Positions 20,829 to 31,139 of a stretch of 64,000 bases of DNA are shown one piece after another. Within the stretch, counting starts at the first letter, position 1, and the number at the start of each line of letters is the position of its first letter. The stretch covers positions 62,998 to 126,997 of IMG/VR virus record IMGVR_UViG_3300017748_000001; one strand, 5' to 3'. The notes below the pieces were generated by a model, which did not search any database, had not been told where the DNA came from, and was given only the letters and a program-made list of their open reading frames with translations. A program made the translations under genes and the position numbers. This DNA comes from a virus.

Positions 20829-22517
20829 TTAAAATTCGAATACTACTTTAATATCTTCGATTTGGTCTACTGCTCTTGAAACAGGTTGTCTGTTTTCTAT
20901 ATAAAGAACTTTACCAGTTCCAGCGGTTACATTAAACTCTGAGTTTCCGTCATCGTATTCTGGATGAGAGGGGCCCCGATAAGTTGTATTGTAAGCAATT
21001 TTAGTCGTAGAAGTATCAATCGGATCCGATAAGATTATAATCTGTCGGAATACTGGATCGAAACCACTCAAAGAATCTGAGACTACAGGGAAAACAGATT
21101 CTGTGTTTCCGCCTCTTGTGTCCTGTTCGTCGTATTCAAGTTTAAGGGCAACCATTGCATAATAACCACCCAATTCTTCTACTGGGTTACATCCATGACC
21201 ATCGCCCGGCGACATAATTGCTCTAACTTGACATTCTGTTCCACTGGAAATCGCTGGAAGAACTGTTGCGGTTGCGTATGTATAGCCACTTCCGCGATTA
21301 CTGATAACTACTTTAGCAATTTCGTCACCCTGTGTCAATCCATATGCTGCTGCACCAGTTCCATCTCCTGCGAGTTGAACTTCTGGCGCAATAATAATAT
21401 CACCAGATTGTGATCCGGTGAGGCCAGGAAATGATCCATCCAGAGTTATATCGACCTGACCCGCACTAAATGAGAATGAAGAGATAGATTGTTGATACGA
21501 TGTGTTTCCTGAGATGAATACTAATGCATAATCATCATAACCACCATTTCCAGCATCTGTTGCTCTTGAGATCATATCGCTCGCAGTCGGAGTGAATGAG
21601 AAACTTGTAGTAGATTCTCCAATAGTAACTCCTGAGTGATTAAGATTCTGAAGATAACCTCTTCCTCCGGCATGACCAGAACCATCTCCATCGTCTACAA
21701 TCTTAACAAAATCAATAGCTCCGGTGGAAGATTTGGCGGACTGTTGAACTTGGTATTGTGTATAATCTGCAGATGTGGTATCGGAAGGTTCTGCTGTCAG
21801 ATATTTGACAGGGAAGTAATCTTTAGTTAAGAACTTGAGAGCCCTATCTAATTGAACGGAGTACATATATTTCCATACATATCCATCACCAGTTTCTAAA
21901 AGCTCTGTGGTAGAAGTCCCTGTCGGTTTTACCGTAGATGCTACGGGTGCGACACCGACAGAAGTATCTGTCCATTTAGAATTATTGATGCACTTATAAA
22001 CATTAAACTGGTTGTTCCCTTCAGTAAGAACATATCCATTCGGAATGATTTCTTCTGGATCTTGATCGTCATACATCGTATAAACACTACCAGTTTCCCA
22101 ATCGATTCTTGGTAATGCAAGAGTAATGGTATCATCACCTACCTTCTTCATTGCTATCAGATCGTTTTTGACTGTGTAGTGTTCTTTTACTGAGTCTGAG
22201 GGAGTTGGAGGATTTGAGTCATCTGCCCATGCAGTATTTTTTCCAATCCCAAGATAAAGGTTGTTGTAAAGTGATACGTTGTAGAATGCCCAACGCAAAA
22301 CTGAACCACCAGCAGAAACTCCTGTGGTATGTGTGGGGGGTAAGCTGACTTCTGAAGTTCCTGACTCTACTGCAATGTAAAGGTTTGATTGATATAAAAC
22401 TACGTCGCCCTCAGAGTAAGATACACCGCCTTCCCATAGTGGAGTTTGTTCTGACAGGGATTCAATGAACTGCTGTGCATTAAATATTCTGAGTCGATTT
22501 GTGATGATTGCCGCCAT
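20829..22517 (-). CDS. gp8: Baseplate wedge subunit gp8
   Basis: MAAIITNRLRIFNAQQF start, VYKCINN, GDGYVWKYMY, GKVLYIENRQPVSRAVDQIEDIKVVFEF end; position after gp7. Confidence 0.85.
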   Translation of the reverse strand: MAAIITNRLRIFNAQQFIESLSEQTPLWEGGVSYSEGDVVLYQSNLYIAVESGTSEVSLPPTHTTGVSAGGSVLRWAFYNVSLYNNLYLGIGKNTAWADDSNPPTPSDSVKEHYTVKNDLIAMKKVGDDTITLALPRIDWETGSVYTMYDDQDPEEIIPNGYVLTEGNNQFNVYKCINNSKWTDTSVGVAPVASTVKPTGTSTTELLETGDGYVWKYMYSVQLDRALKFLTKDYFPVKYLTAEPSDTTSADYTQYQVQQSAKSSTGAIDFVKIVDDGDGSGHAGGRGYLQNLNHSGVTIGESTTSFSFTPTASDMISRATDAGNGGYDDYALVFISGNTSYQQSISSFSFSAGQVDITLDGSFPGLTGSQSGDIIIAPEVQLAGDGTGAAAYGLTQGDEIAKVVISNRGSGYTYATATVLPAISSGTECQVRAIMSPGDGHGCNPVEELGGYYAMVALKLEYDEQDTRGGNTESVFPVVSDSLSGFDPVFRQIIILSDPIDTSTTKIAYNTTYRGPSHPEYDDGNSEFNVTAGTGKVLYIENRQPVSRAVDQIEDIKVVFEF

Positions 22518-22550
22518 TGCTCATTATCCTCTAAAAATTGTCTAATCCTA

Positions 22551-22558
22551 TATTTATA
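22551..22558 (-). promoter_or_regulatory. T4 late promoter TATAAATA
   Basis: Exact consensus, intergenic upstream of gp8. Confidence 0.8.
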
Positions 22559-22567
22559 AAACTTTTT

Positions 22568-25500
22568 TTAATCTATGATTTGCGTTAATGATTCTAATTC
22601 TTCTATCGTTGTCGGAACATTACCCGTATCATAAACGCTCAGAATTGTCTCATGTGCAAAGTTTGTCTTTTCCAAATATTTTGAGTCTATATCTGTTAAT
22701 TTTACAGTCTCAAAATTATTATCTAATATCTGTGGAGTTTCTCGGAACTTAGATCTTTCGATAGAAAGGTTAGTCATTCCGGCAACTCTCAAACCATCAG
22801 TTTCGGGATTTTCGTCAGTTATAACCAAATACTTTGGTTTTAGTGTAACTCTAGAATCCAAAACCGCATGATAATTTCTTTCAAATAATTCTTCTACTTC
22901 TTGTATTGTTGTATTGGGCCAGTCATGATCTGTTCCATCAGTAATGCCTACAAAATTATTTTGCGAGAATACTGGGACAACTCCCCATACATTTGTTCCA
23001 TCTTCTTTCTGAACCAAAGTTACTTGATTTCCTGACATCGAAGTATTTCTAAACGCACCAGTATATCCATAGTAAGCAAGATATGGGGAATCTAAGGCCT
23101 CTTCTTGTGGGCTAAACCGATACCTTATCAAGTCATCAAATGAGAATGTAGTATCAAAGAAGAACTTAAATCTTTCTAAACTTCTGTAAGATGTTCCTAG
23201 ACTCGGTATTTCTTGTTGTCTGGTGATGATATTTACAATAAACTTCTCATCTCTGGGGTCTGCACCATCTCTTATAGAACCTACCCAATTAGTATTTATC
23301 CTACTAACATTACCCCTAGAAACTTTATCCCATCTAAATTCTACTACATTGCCTGGAGTTCCTGTATCATTGTCTAAAGATCCGTGTGAGGTTAATAAAT
23401 TTACTCCAAGTAAAATATAGTGTTCAGTAGAAGTTGCACTGGTCACTTCGAATTTAGCAAATGAACGAGTAACTCTGTGTTCATCTCCAGTTATTATTTC
23501 TTCCGACACATTGTAGAAGGTAAAGAAGTTTCCTATGATGCCACTTTCGTAGTAATGTTTCTGACTTTTGGAAAATCTATCGTGATGATTTAGAGCAATA
23601 TAATTAATTTCTGAAAAATTATTTGCTCCTCCGCCAGACGCATCCGCATTAATCATCAGAGCATACCTACCTTCTCCCTTATCTACTGTTGCACCTACTG
23701 GAGTATCATCAGAAACCCCACTGAGAGAAGATAAAGTATCTTGTCGGTTATTATATTCTAATATAAGGCCAGAAGACATCAAATCCTGTGAGTTAACTGG
23801 AGTTTGTTTGTTGACAACATTCCCCGAACCGTCTAGTGTGGTTCCTCCAGTCCATTTTCCAAGTCCGTCCATATTCTTCATCGTGACATCGACGTTCTTG
23901 ATAATTTCGTAGAACAAATAGAGAATTGCTTGTTTGAGTCTCTTTCCTTCAATCTTGGTAGTGAGTGTAACTTCTCCGAAGACCATCATTCCTGCAGGGT
24001 GAATAACTCTCTTAATGAGTTCTCTCCACTCATCAATGACTCTATTGACTCTTACAACATATGAATAATCTTGCCAGAGATAACCATCATGAATTCTATT
24101 ATCTGACGATGCGAAACTCTGGTCATCTACAAATGCACCTTCGCGAACACATAGAGGGCCGGTCACTACATCTACTTGCGCTGTACCGTCTCCTATCGCA
24201 GTTAAGTCTAAAGTGGGTGCAGTTGTATACCCAACACCAAAACCGTCCTGAGAGGGGTCTGACGTTTGTTGTCGAATGGATATTTCTTCTATTCCTCCAA
24301 TATCAGAACCTGCAATAGATACTGATGCGCCAGAACCACTAGAGACGTAACCATTTGATTCGTCGGAAATATACGCATAAGGATTTCTCGCATATCCAGA
24401 TCCTCCAGTCACAATGTCAATTTTTTCTATTGGGCCTTTGGCGATATTATTGAATTTGAGTTGCAAAGATTGCCAGTCTGGTATTGCAGTTGGAATTAAG
24501 TCTCCGTTGCTGTCATAGTCCATAAAGGATATTGTATTATTGATCGAACTTATGGAGTATTGGTAATCGGATAATCTTCTTGCTACCTGTATCGGATCTA
24601 ATTCCCAACCAAATATCTGTATTTCGCCAGTAGTTTGATTTTGATATTCGGTGAATCTCTGTCCCTTAGTTATTCTAAAGGAACCAAAGAATGAAGTTGA
24701 CATATCACTGCCACTGTCAGAGTCATCGTTGTCTGCGCCAATAGTAAGAACCGCATCTTCTCTCATATCCACAATCAAGTCTGGGAAGTCTACTGCTTCT
24801 GTTCCATCAAGATATACGGTAGTCCCGTCAGCTGCAGAAGAATATATTGTAACGTGTCTCCAAGTATCTAACTGAGTCAATTGAACATTAGTGGGAGAAG
24901 TATAATCTCTTCTTACATTACTTTCATCAGAAGCAATCATCTCAAACTGACCGGATGCGAGGTGACGCATCACAAAAAGATCTGCGTTATCATTCTGACC
25001 TATTCCATTAAATGCGAATACGACAGAATCTGAACCGCCAGTTCCATAATACCAGAAATCTATTGTAAATGAAGGTATGTCGTGGAAATAACTTGCAGCA
25101 GTAGGTATTCTAACATACCCATCTCCCCTGAGAGATAAGCTAAAGTTGCCTATCGCAGATCCGAAAGAAGGATTTTCTCTATACGCATTATATCGAACAC
25201 TGTCAGTGTCTTGCTTGAACTCATAAAATACAGAAGATGATTTTACAGTATCAAAATCGTATAATAAAACAACATCATCGTAACTGGTATCTCTGTTGAC
25301 TAGATAAGCTTCTACTTCTCTGGAAGTTTGAGAATCAAATACAGCATCCGGATAATCTGAAATGTCCCACACTAGTTGCGGATAACTTGGATCCTTTGTG
25401 TCCTGAGTCCATGTGATATCAAAATCTCTTTCAACTCCACCGACCTGTGATATTCTTCCTATGGCTCCAGATCCAAATGTTCCATCATTTACAAACTCTA

Positions 25501-26782
25501 CGAATTCGCCAGTAATATAGTTGTCGCCGGCAGTATTTACTGCGATATTAGAAATCCCGGCCGTTGTGGTGTTATCAATTTTCGCACTAAATCCAGAGCC
25601 CGAACCATTTGTTCCTAGACTAAAATCTAAATTAAAATTTCTGGGATAATTACTGCCAGGATTTACAATATTAAATCCAGTGACGCAAGAATATAATTGT
25701 TCTTTGACTAATCTTCCATCGTCCATTTCAACGAAGACATTTTCCTGATCTTGAAATTCGCCAGAAACATCTCCAAGGAAATATTCGTTGACATTAAAAT
25801 TTGAACGCGAAAAAGTTACTTTAGATTCTATTATTCCTATGGCAGAACTCGTTTCTCCGATAATTCTGACGGGAGTACCCGCAGCAGAAGTAGTATTCGG
25901 GTTAGTTCTAATACTTTTATTCTCCACCCATCTATTATTACTTGCCTTGAAGATATTTTCTTTTGGATAATAGACATCGATATCTTCATTAAGAAAAGCT
26001 CTGAAAAGAAACTTCAGTGATTTCTGAGATCCTTTAGACTCATAAAAATCTTTAAGGAGTTTGAGAAAATGATTTTGGTCGGTAAATCGTTTCTTCTGTT
26101 CCTCTTCGATATTCTTATCTGGAGATGATGTCGGATTAGTTCTTAATTGAAATACGACTACAATAGAAACCCCATTGAGAGGAGCAAGAATATTATTCTC
26201 TTGACCAAAGAATAATTTATCATCACTTAGAAAATAATCAGTTCCCTCTGTCAATTCTGTGTAGTCATCGGGAAATGACAATAGACTTGCATCGGCCGCA
26301 GGGACACCAGAAAATGGATTTGGTGGGTTAGTGTAGACTTTCAGATCAGCAACATATGGAGATATGTCTCTTCCAAAGTAATACGAAGGATCTTTGAATG
26401 ACATCAAGAATTCAGATACAATTCCATTTCCCATAAAGGTATCTTGGACGAATGTTTCGTTTTCAGAATTAGACTGAGCCGTTGCGTTGAATAGTGCGGA
26501 TAATAGTTTTGTGCTTGTATTCTTATCTCGTATTCTTGTTACAGAAGGAAATACTGCGCCTATTTCTGACTTGAATTGATTTACGAATATATCTAATGTT
26601 TTATCAAGATCGCCGTAGTCGGTAATCTCTGACATCACATCTAAAGGATTGCCGTCTGCAGATAACCATTCATAGTATAATTCAATGAATCGAACAAAGT
26701 TATCATAATCCCCTTCTCGGATATGAAAGGGCAACGACTCCTTAACGATAGAAGCAATATTCTTTAAATTTGGACTTGACAT
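22568..26782 (-). CDS. gp7: Baseplate wedge initiator gp7-like, with LamG-like domain
   Basis: FVRFIELYYEWL, DFYESKGSQKSLKFLFRAFL, WQDYSYVVRV..WRELIKRVIHPAGMMVFGE; FTIDFW..WRHVTIY..VYLDG..LTIGA LamG-type motifs. Confidence 0.8.
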   Translation of the reverse strand: MSSPNLKNIASIVKESLPFHIREGDYDNFVRFIELYYEWLSADGNPLDVMSEITDYGDLDKTLDIFVNQFKSEIGAVFPSVTRIRDKNTSTKLLSALFNATAQSNSENETFVQDTFMGNGIVSEFLMSFKDPSYYFGRDISPYVADLKVYTNPPNPFSGVPAADASLLSFPDDYTELTEGTDYFLSDDKLFFGQENNILAPLNGVSIVVVFQLRTNPTSSPDKNIEEEQKKRFTDQNHFLKLLKDFYESKGSQKSLKFLFRAFLNEDIDVYYPKENIFKASNNRWVENKSIRTNPNTTSAAGTPVRIIGETSSAIGIIESKVTFSRSNFNVNEYFLGDVSGEFQDQENVFVEMDDGRLVKEQLYSCVTGFNIVNPGSNYPRNFNLDFSLGTNGSGSGFSAKIDNTTTAGISNIAVNTAGDNYITGEFVEFVNDGTFGSGAIGRISQVGGVERDFDITWTQDTKDPSYPQLVWDISDYPDAVFDSQTSREVEAYLVNRDTSYDDVVLLYDFDTVKSSSVFYEFKQDTDSVRYNAYRENPSFGSAIGNFSLSLRGDGYVRIPTAASYFHDIPSFTIDFWYYGTGGSDSVVFAFNGIGQNDNADLFVMRHLASGQFEMIASDESNVRRDYTSPTNVQLTQLDTWRHVTIYSSAADGTTVYLDGTEAVDFPDLIVDMREDAVLTIGADNDDSDSGSDMSTSFFGSFRITKGQRFTEYQNQTTGEIQIFGWELDPIQVARRLSDYQYSISSINNTISFMDYDSNGDLIPTAIPDWQSLQLKFNNIAKGPIEKIDIVTGGSGYARNPYAYISDESNGYVSSGSGASVSIAGSDIGGIEEISIRQQTSDPSQDGFGVGYTTAPTLDLTAIGDGTAQVDVVTGPLCVREGAFVDDQSFASSDNRIHDGYLWQDYSYVVRVNRVIDEWRELIKRVIHPAGMMVFGEVTLTTKIEGKRLKQAILYLFYEIIKNVDVTMKNMDGLGKWTGGTTLDGSGNVVNKQTPVNSQDLMSSGLILEYNNRQDTLSSLSGVSDDTPVGATVDKGEGRYALMINADASGGGANNFSEINYIALNHHDRFSKSQKHYYESGIIGNFFTFYNVSEEIITGDEHRVTRSFAKFEVTSATSTEHYILLGVNLLTSHGSLDNDTGTPGNVVEFRWDKVSRGNVSRINTNWVGSIRDGADPRDEKFIVNIITRQQEIPSLGTSYRSLERFKFFFDTTFSFDDLIRYRFSPQEEALDSPYLAYYGYTGAFRNTSMSGNQVTLVQKEDGTNVWGVVPVFSQNNFVGITDGTDHDWPNTTIQEVEELFERNYHAVLDSRVTLKPKYLVITDENPETDGLRVAGMTNLSIERSKFRETPQILDNNFETVKLTDIDSKYLEKTNFAHETILSVYDTGNVPTTIEELESLTQIID

Positions 26783-26786
26783 TTAC

Positions 26787-28652
26787 CTATCTTCTGATAA
26801 TACTAACACTTTGAGTAGTGATATCGTAATTATTGTTATAATCGTCGGTATCAGCCATCATATTTATTGTTACTTCTTGTGGATCTATAACTAGAATTTG
26901 ATTTCTTCTAGGGAATATATCCTGATCTTTTGGTGTTATTTTTATTTTCAAAAGACTTGAATTATTTTCTAATTCTGTTATAGTTAGATCGTTGAGAGTT
27001 AATGTTCCTTTTTTGTGGTCTATTGTGCCGGAAACATTAGTCACATAAACTTTCTTTCCATTACTATCCATATAATAAAACTTTAAGTCAGTTTGATTTA
27101 CGTCTTCGATATATAATAGATTATTAGAATTCATAACCTTGAATCCAGTAGAAGATATTGACATCGGAGATATTTGATTATTAAATTGATAGACATATTG
27201 TGATCTAGCATTTAATGTTATTTTCTTCTCGATTTGAAGATCTACTGTGGTCGTATTATTTGTTATCGCGTCATTTGAACTGTCAATAGAACTGACGAAG
27301 TTAGAATATCTAAAGTAGTTATCGAATTCGTTCATAAAAGTATCGCTGAAATTATTAATTGAATTTAAGACTATTGTTTTTAATTCGTCTTCTCCCAAGA
27401 TAGTAGCCTCATTATCATATTTAACATTAGTAGTAACAATGAGTTTAGTAAAATTTGGATCGATAATCTCTGGAAGAATTGTTAAAATAGAATAATCAGT
27501 CTTGAGTTTATTTTGAATAGAAGTTTTTTCAAAATCCGTTAAAAAACTTCCATCATTTGGCTTGATCGATATAAACACTCTTCCAAATTGTGGCGGTTCG
27601 TTATCTTCTCCGCCCCAAACATTCACAGAGGATGCTTGTGTGTATATTTTAGGAATGATTGTCTTATAATCTCTTACGGTGACTGCTCTATTCTGACCTT
27701 CGAATGTTCTTGGTGCGTAGAACTTAATAGAATCTGTGGTTTCTTTGTTAGATCCTCCGAAGACTTTATTTACTGTTTTAATTTCTGTTATTTTGAACTC
27801 GGAATTGGTATTATTAGAATTAATTTTTGCGATTCCATTTGATGCTGCGCCGTCTGTTGTAAGATATTCGACTGTTATTAAGTTTCCGCTCTCTACCGCA
27901 GTTCCCAACACACCATCTCCGAAGAATACTTCATACAATCCACTTTCGACTTCTTGAACGAAGAAAGAATTTGATACATCGGTTAAATCCATCGTGTCAG
28001 TTGGTCTTTTGAATTCGGTAAATTCGTCTGTTGTTAAGTCTTCTCTGACGGTTACGCTGATTGTAGTTGTGTCCGCGTTGGCATTAGATAAGATAAACCG
28101 CTGATTGGGGTTAGTTGTGTCCACGACAAAGAATTCTGTCACTGGATCGCCCTGTACTAAAACTAAGTCACCCAAAAAATATCTCGTAGTAACTGTCACG
28201 CCATCATCATCGACATTAGAAGACAGTATCGGCACAGACCTTGGTATTTCCGGAGAGAAGTTGTAAGAAACTCCATCAAGTGTCGCGGTGAATTTAAATT
28301 CACTGTTAACAAGAACTGTAGAACTTTCACTCTCCAACGGCCCGGTCTTTTCTATCACTAATGAAACTACCGCATTAGGAGCGATGTTAGATTTAGATTC
28401 ATATCCCAACATCTTCGCTCGCGACACCACATTCTCTCTGAGTCTTGCAGTATCTAAGAACATTTCGTTTGCAACCATGTTCAGATAGTATGAAGTATAG
28501 TGAGTATTGTAGGATAGAATGTCCATTAAGGTATTCAGACCAGAGGCCTCAAAGTCATAATCGACAAAAGTCGGATCATTCTTCATATACGCTATGATAT
28601 TTTTCTTGATATCCTTAAAGTCTAGGTCTGATATTTGAATAGTTCTTGCCAT
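26787..28652 (-). CDS. gp6: Baseplate wedge subunit gp6
   Basis: LDFKDIKKNII..DYDFEASGLNTLMDILSYNTHY..NEMFLDTA; APRTFEGQNRAVTVRDY; VWGGEDNEPPQFGRVFISIKP. Confidence 0.92.
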   Translation of the reverse strand: MARTIQISDLDFKDIKKNIIAYMKNDPTFVDYDFEASGLNTLMDILSYNTHYTSYYLNMVANEMFLDTARLRENVVSRAKMLGYESKSNIAPNAVVSLVIEKTGPLESESSTVLVNSEFKFTATLDGVSYNFSPEIPRSVPILSSNVDDDGVTVTTRYFLGDLVLVQGDPVTEFFVVDTTNPNQRFILSNANADTTTISVTVREDLTTDEFTEFKRPTDTMDLTDVSNSFFVQEVESGLYEVFFGDGVLGTAVESGNLITVEYLTTDGAASNGIAKINSNNTNSEFKITEIKTVNKVFGGSNKETTDSIKFYAPRTFEGQNRAVTVRDYKTIIPKIYTQASSVNVWGGEDNEPPQFGRVFISIKPNDGSFLTDFEKTSIQNKLKTDYSILTILPEIIDPNFTKLIVTTNVKYDNEATILGEDELKTIVLNSINNFSDTFMNEFDNYFRYSNFVSSIDSSNDAITNNTTTVDLQIEKKITLNARSQYVYQFNNQISPMSISSTGFKVMNSNNLLYIEDVNQTDLKFYYMDSNGKKVYVTNVSGTIDHKKGTLTLNDLTITELENNSSLLKIKITPKDQDIFPRRNQILVIDPQEVTINMMADTDDYNNNYDITTQSVSIIRR

Positions 28653-29089
28653 TATCTTACTCTCTCTATAGTAAATGTAGTTGTAACCTCTTCATCGGTT
28701 GCAATCAGTACATAAACTACTTGTATTTTTGCCGAATTGGGATAAAGTTCTGGATACTCTACCGAAACATTTACAATCTTGACTCTTCTTTCGTAGTTGG
28801 TAATAGATCTTGTAATTCTATCTTCTAAGTCTCTTCTGGTAAATTCATCTTGTGGTTCGAATAAAGAATTGTATATATCTCCACCAAACGCAGGCGTGAA
28901 TTGTCTTTCAAATTTATTTGTCAAGAGAAGATTTCTCAATGCTTGGTTGATCGCGTTTACATTTTTCTTCATCATGACATCATTGGTAATGGGATTTCTT
29001 TTGAAAGACAAATCAATATCCAGATACTGATCTCCGCCAAGTATGCCAACTTTATTGTCTATTGATGTATTTGAATTTGAATATGCCAT
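28652..29089 (-). CDS. gp25: Baseplate wedge subunit gp25
   Basis: YLDIDLSFKRNPITND..AINQALRNLLLTNKFERQFTPAFG..YERRV. Confidence 0.9.
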   Translation of the reverse strand: MAYSNSNTSIDNKVGILGGDQYLDIDLSFKRNPITNDVMMKKNVNAINQALRNLLLTNKFERQFTPAFGGDIYNSLFEPQDEFTRRDLEDRITRSITNYERRVKIVNVSVEYPELYPNSAKIQVVYVLIATDEEVTTTFTIERVR

Positions 29090-29095
29090 GATTTT

Positions 29096-29941
29096 TTACG
29101 GATTTAAGTCTAGTTTGGGAGCCTCGATTGTATGAGTTCCTCCCGAATTTACTTTGTGTGTACCACCATATTTATACTCCGCAGACGAACCTACATCAAC
29201 AGAAATTTTTCCATCCACAATCACTTTATAATTTCCTTTGATGTGGAGGGTTTTATCTCCTTCTACTATCTCGTAATCGTCGCTTTTTGACTTTTTGACC
29301 GTAGTGCCATCTGGGTGAATTTCTATGAATGTTCCAGATTTATGATAGATGTGTATTCTCTCTGCGCCTGGCGTATCATCAAGCTCTACATGATGACCAG
29401 ACTTAGTACTAATTACATTATTGTGCGGATATTCTGCTGCATATGGAGTGGATGGTTCTCCTGACTTTGAGTCTAGGGAATCTTTCTTTTCCTGTACAAT
29501 GGTCTCCGAAGTATTGTCTCCCGTCGCAAGTCTATTGACATCAGATTCGCCCAAAACGCTTCCGTCGGGTAACAGAGAATCTTTATTCTCTGTGGGGTAT
29601 AAACCAGCTGGATCAGAAAAAGCATTCTCTGTATTAATTTTAGTTTGAGGTTTGCCGGGCACTGTACCAAAGATAATTGGATCTTCTGCAGATTCTCCAT
29701 CGCGAAAGAATCCGACAACCCATGCACCAGTTACTACCCCAGTCGGAGATGTTCCAAGACCACCAATGCTTGCGGAAGTGATTGGCATAATCGGTGATGC
29801 CCAAGGCAATAAATCAACATCTACTTCTTCTGTGTGATATCCAAATATCCTTACCTTGACTCGGCCAATCTTTTCTGGGTCATCAATATCTTGAACGATA
29901 CCCTGCCACCAGATCAGGCCTGCATTCACCAAACTATCCAT
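29096..29941 (-). CDS. gp5: Baseplate hub / spike gp5 (OB-fold plus beta-helix, no lysozyme domain)
   Basis: WWQGIVQDIDDPEKIGRVKVRIFGYH..LPWA; EYPHNNVISTKSGHHVELDDTPGAERIHIYHKSGTFIEIHPDG. Confidence 0.88.
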   Translation of the reverse strand: MDSLVNAGLIWWQGIVQDIDDPEKIGRVKVRIFGYHTEEVDVDLLPWASPIMPITSASIGGLGTSPTGVVTGAWVVGFFRDGESAEDPIIFGTVPGKPQTKINTENAFSDPAGLYPTENKDSLLPDGSVLGESDVNRLATGDNTSETIVQEKKDSLDSKSGEPSTPYAAEYPHNNVISTKSGHHVELDDTPGAERIHIYHKSGTFIEIHPDGTTVKKSKSDDYEIVEGDKTLHIKGNYKVIVDGKISVDVGSSAEYKYGGTHKVNSGGTHTIEAPKLDLNP

Positions 29942-31139
29942 AACTGACTCCAGAACCGTCCTTGACTAGTTCCATAGTCATACTGTATCCTCTCTTGAGA
30001 AACGTGTGTTTAATTGCTACAATCAACCAGTTTCCACTGTAATGTTTATCTTCTTCTGGGCCTCTGTTTCCTTCCGGCGGAGAGAGTTCCGGAAAAACTA
30101 ATTTAATGACATCTCCCGAAGAGATACGACTGTCTCCAAACACATCTATTTTTATTTTAAAGTTTTTAAATATTTGTTCGTTTGCTTTTGACTGTAGATA
30201 AAATTTATCCTGTTGGTATGGATTTAAAAAGTTTTCGGGAAGTAAATATTCATTAGTAGGAGCGTAATTATAGGCTCCACTTGCCTGCAATTTATTCTCT
30301 GCAAGTTTCGGAGAATAATTCTCATTCCAATAATTATAATTAAATTGATCGTAGGTTCTTCCGATTAAATCTACTGTTCTTGCTTTTGTTGCATACATTC
30401 CGGATGTAATATTATCCAATACAGAAAATTTAGATATAACGGAGTAGTCCAATAATTTATTCTCTTCCTCCGATTGATTGCCTGTATTTGGGACTGCTTT
30501 GATATATTCTTTCTTAGGACTTCCGGATGCAAGTTCTAAGAGAGGTTTAAATCGATACTCATTTGCGGTTTCGAAAAAATAGTATGGAGCAGAATGAGTA
30601 TTTGAGAATGATTTATCTTTTAACCAATTTATTGCTCGGAATGGAGTCATATTTGGAACCACAAGAGATTGACTATCATCGCTCGCAGTAATATTGAGTT
30701 TTTTATCAGAACTTAATTTCTTAAATATCTTATTGACAATCGCAGAAGAACTTTCTTCTCTGTGGCCGGTACAGACTCTCTTCTCAAAGTTTGTAATGAA
30801 ATCTCTTGTGGTCATATCTAAAACATAAGTGATGGCTTCTCCGTCCTGTTCTATATTCGTCACATTGTATATAACCAGATCTAGTTTTATAGGATCGATT
30901 GGATCTTCTTCTGGTTCTGTAGTCATTTCTAATTCTAGTTCTACAGATTCCTGACCGATAATTGGAATTAATCTTATGAAATCATATGTATCTACGATTG
31001 TTGCCCGAACAGACAAACTCTGAGAAAATATATTCTCATATATTGATATTTCTAGAAATACAGCACCAAGGTCAATTCCTCTTCCCTCAGTCTGATATAC
31101 TCTAAAACTTTTTACATCATACTGACCAGCAAATTTCAT
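29934..31139 (-). CDS. Baseplate hub protein (gp27-like)
   Basis: EISIYENIFSQSLS, VVPNMTPFRAINWL, YYFFET, GDSRISSGDVIKL, YSGNWLIVAIKH; lies between gp53 and gp5. Confidence 0.65.
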   Translation of the reverse strand: MKFAGQYDVKSFRVYQTEGRGIDLGAVFLEISIYENIFSQSLSVRATIVDTYDFIRLIPIIGQESVELELEMTTEPEEDPIDPIKLDLVIYNVTNIEQDGEAITYVLDMTTRDFITNFEKRVCTGHREESSSAIVNKIFKKLSSDKKLNITASDDSQSLVVPNMTPFRAINWLKDKSFSNTHSAPYYFFETANEYRFKPLLELASGSPKKEYIKAVPNTGNQSEEENKLLDYSVISKFSVLDNITSGMYATKARTVDLIGRTYDQFNYNYWNENYSPKLAENKLQASGAYNYAPTNEYLLPENFLNPYQQDKFYLQSKANEQIFKNFKIKIDVFGDSRISSGDVIKLVFPELSPPEGNRGPEEDKHYSGNWLIVAIKHTFLKRGYSMTMELVKDGSGVSYG

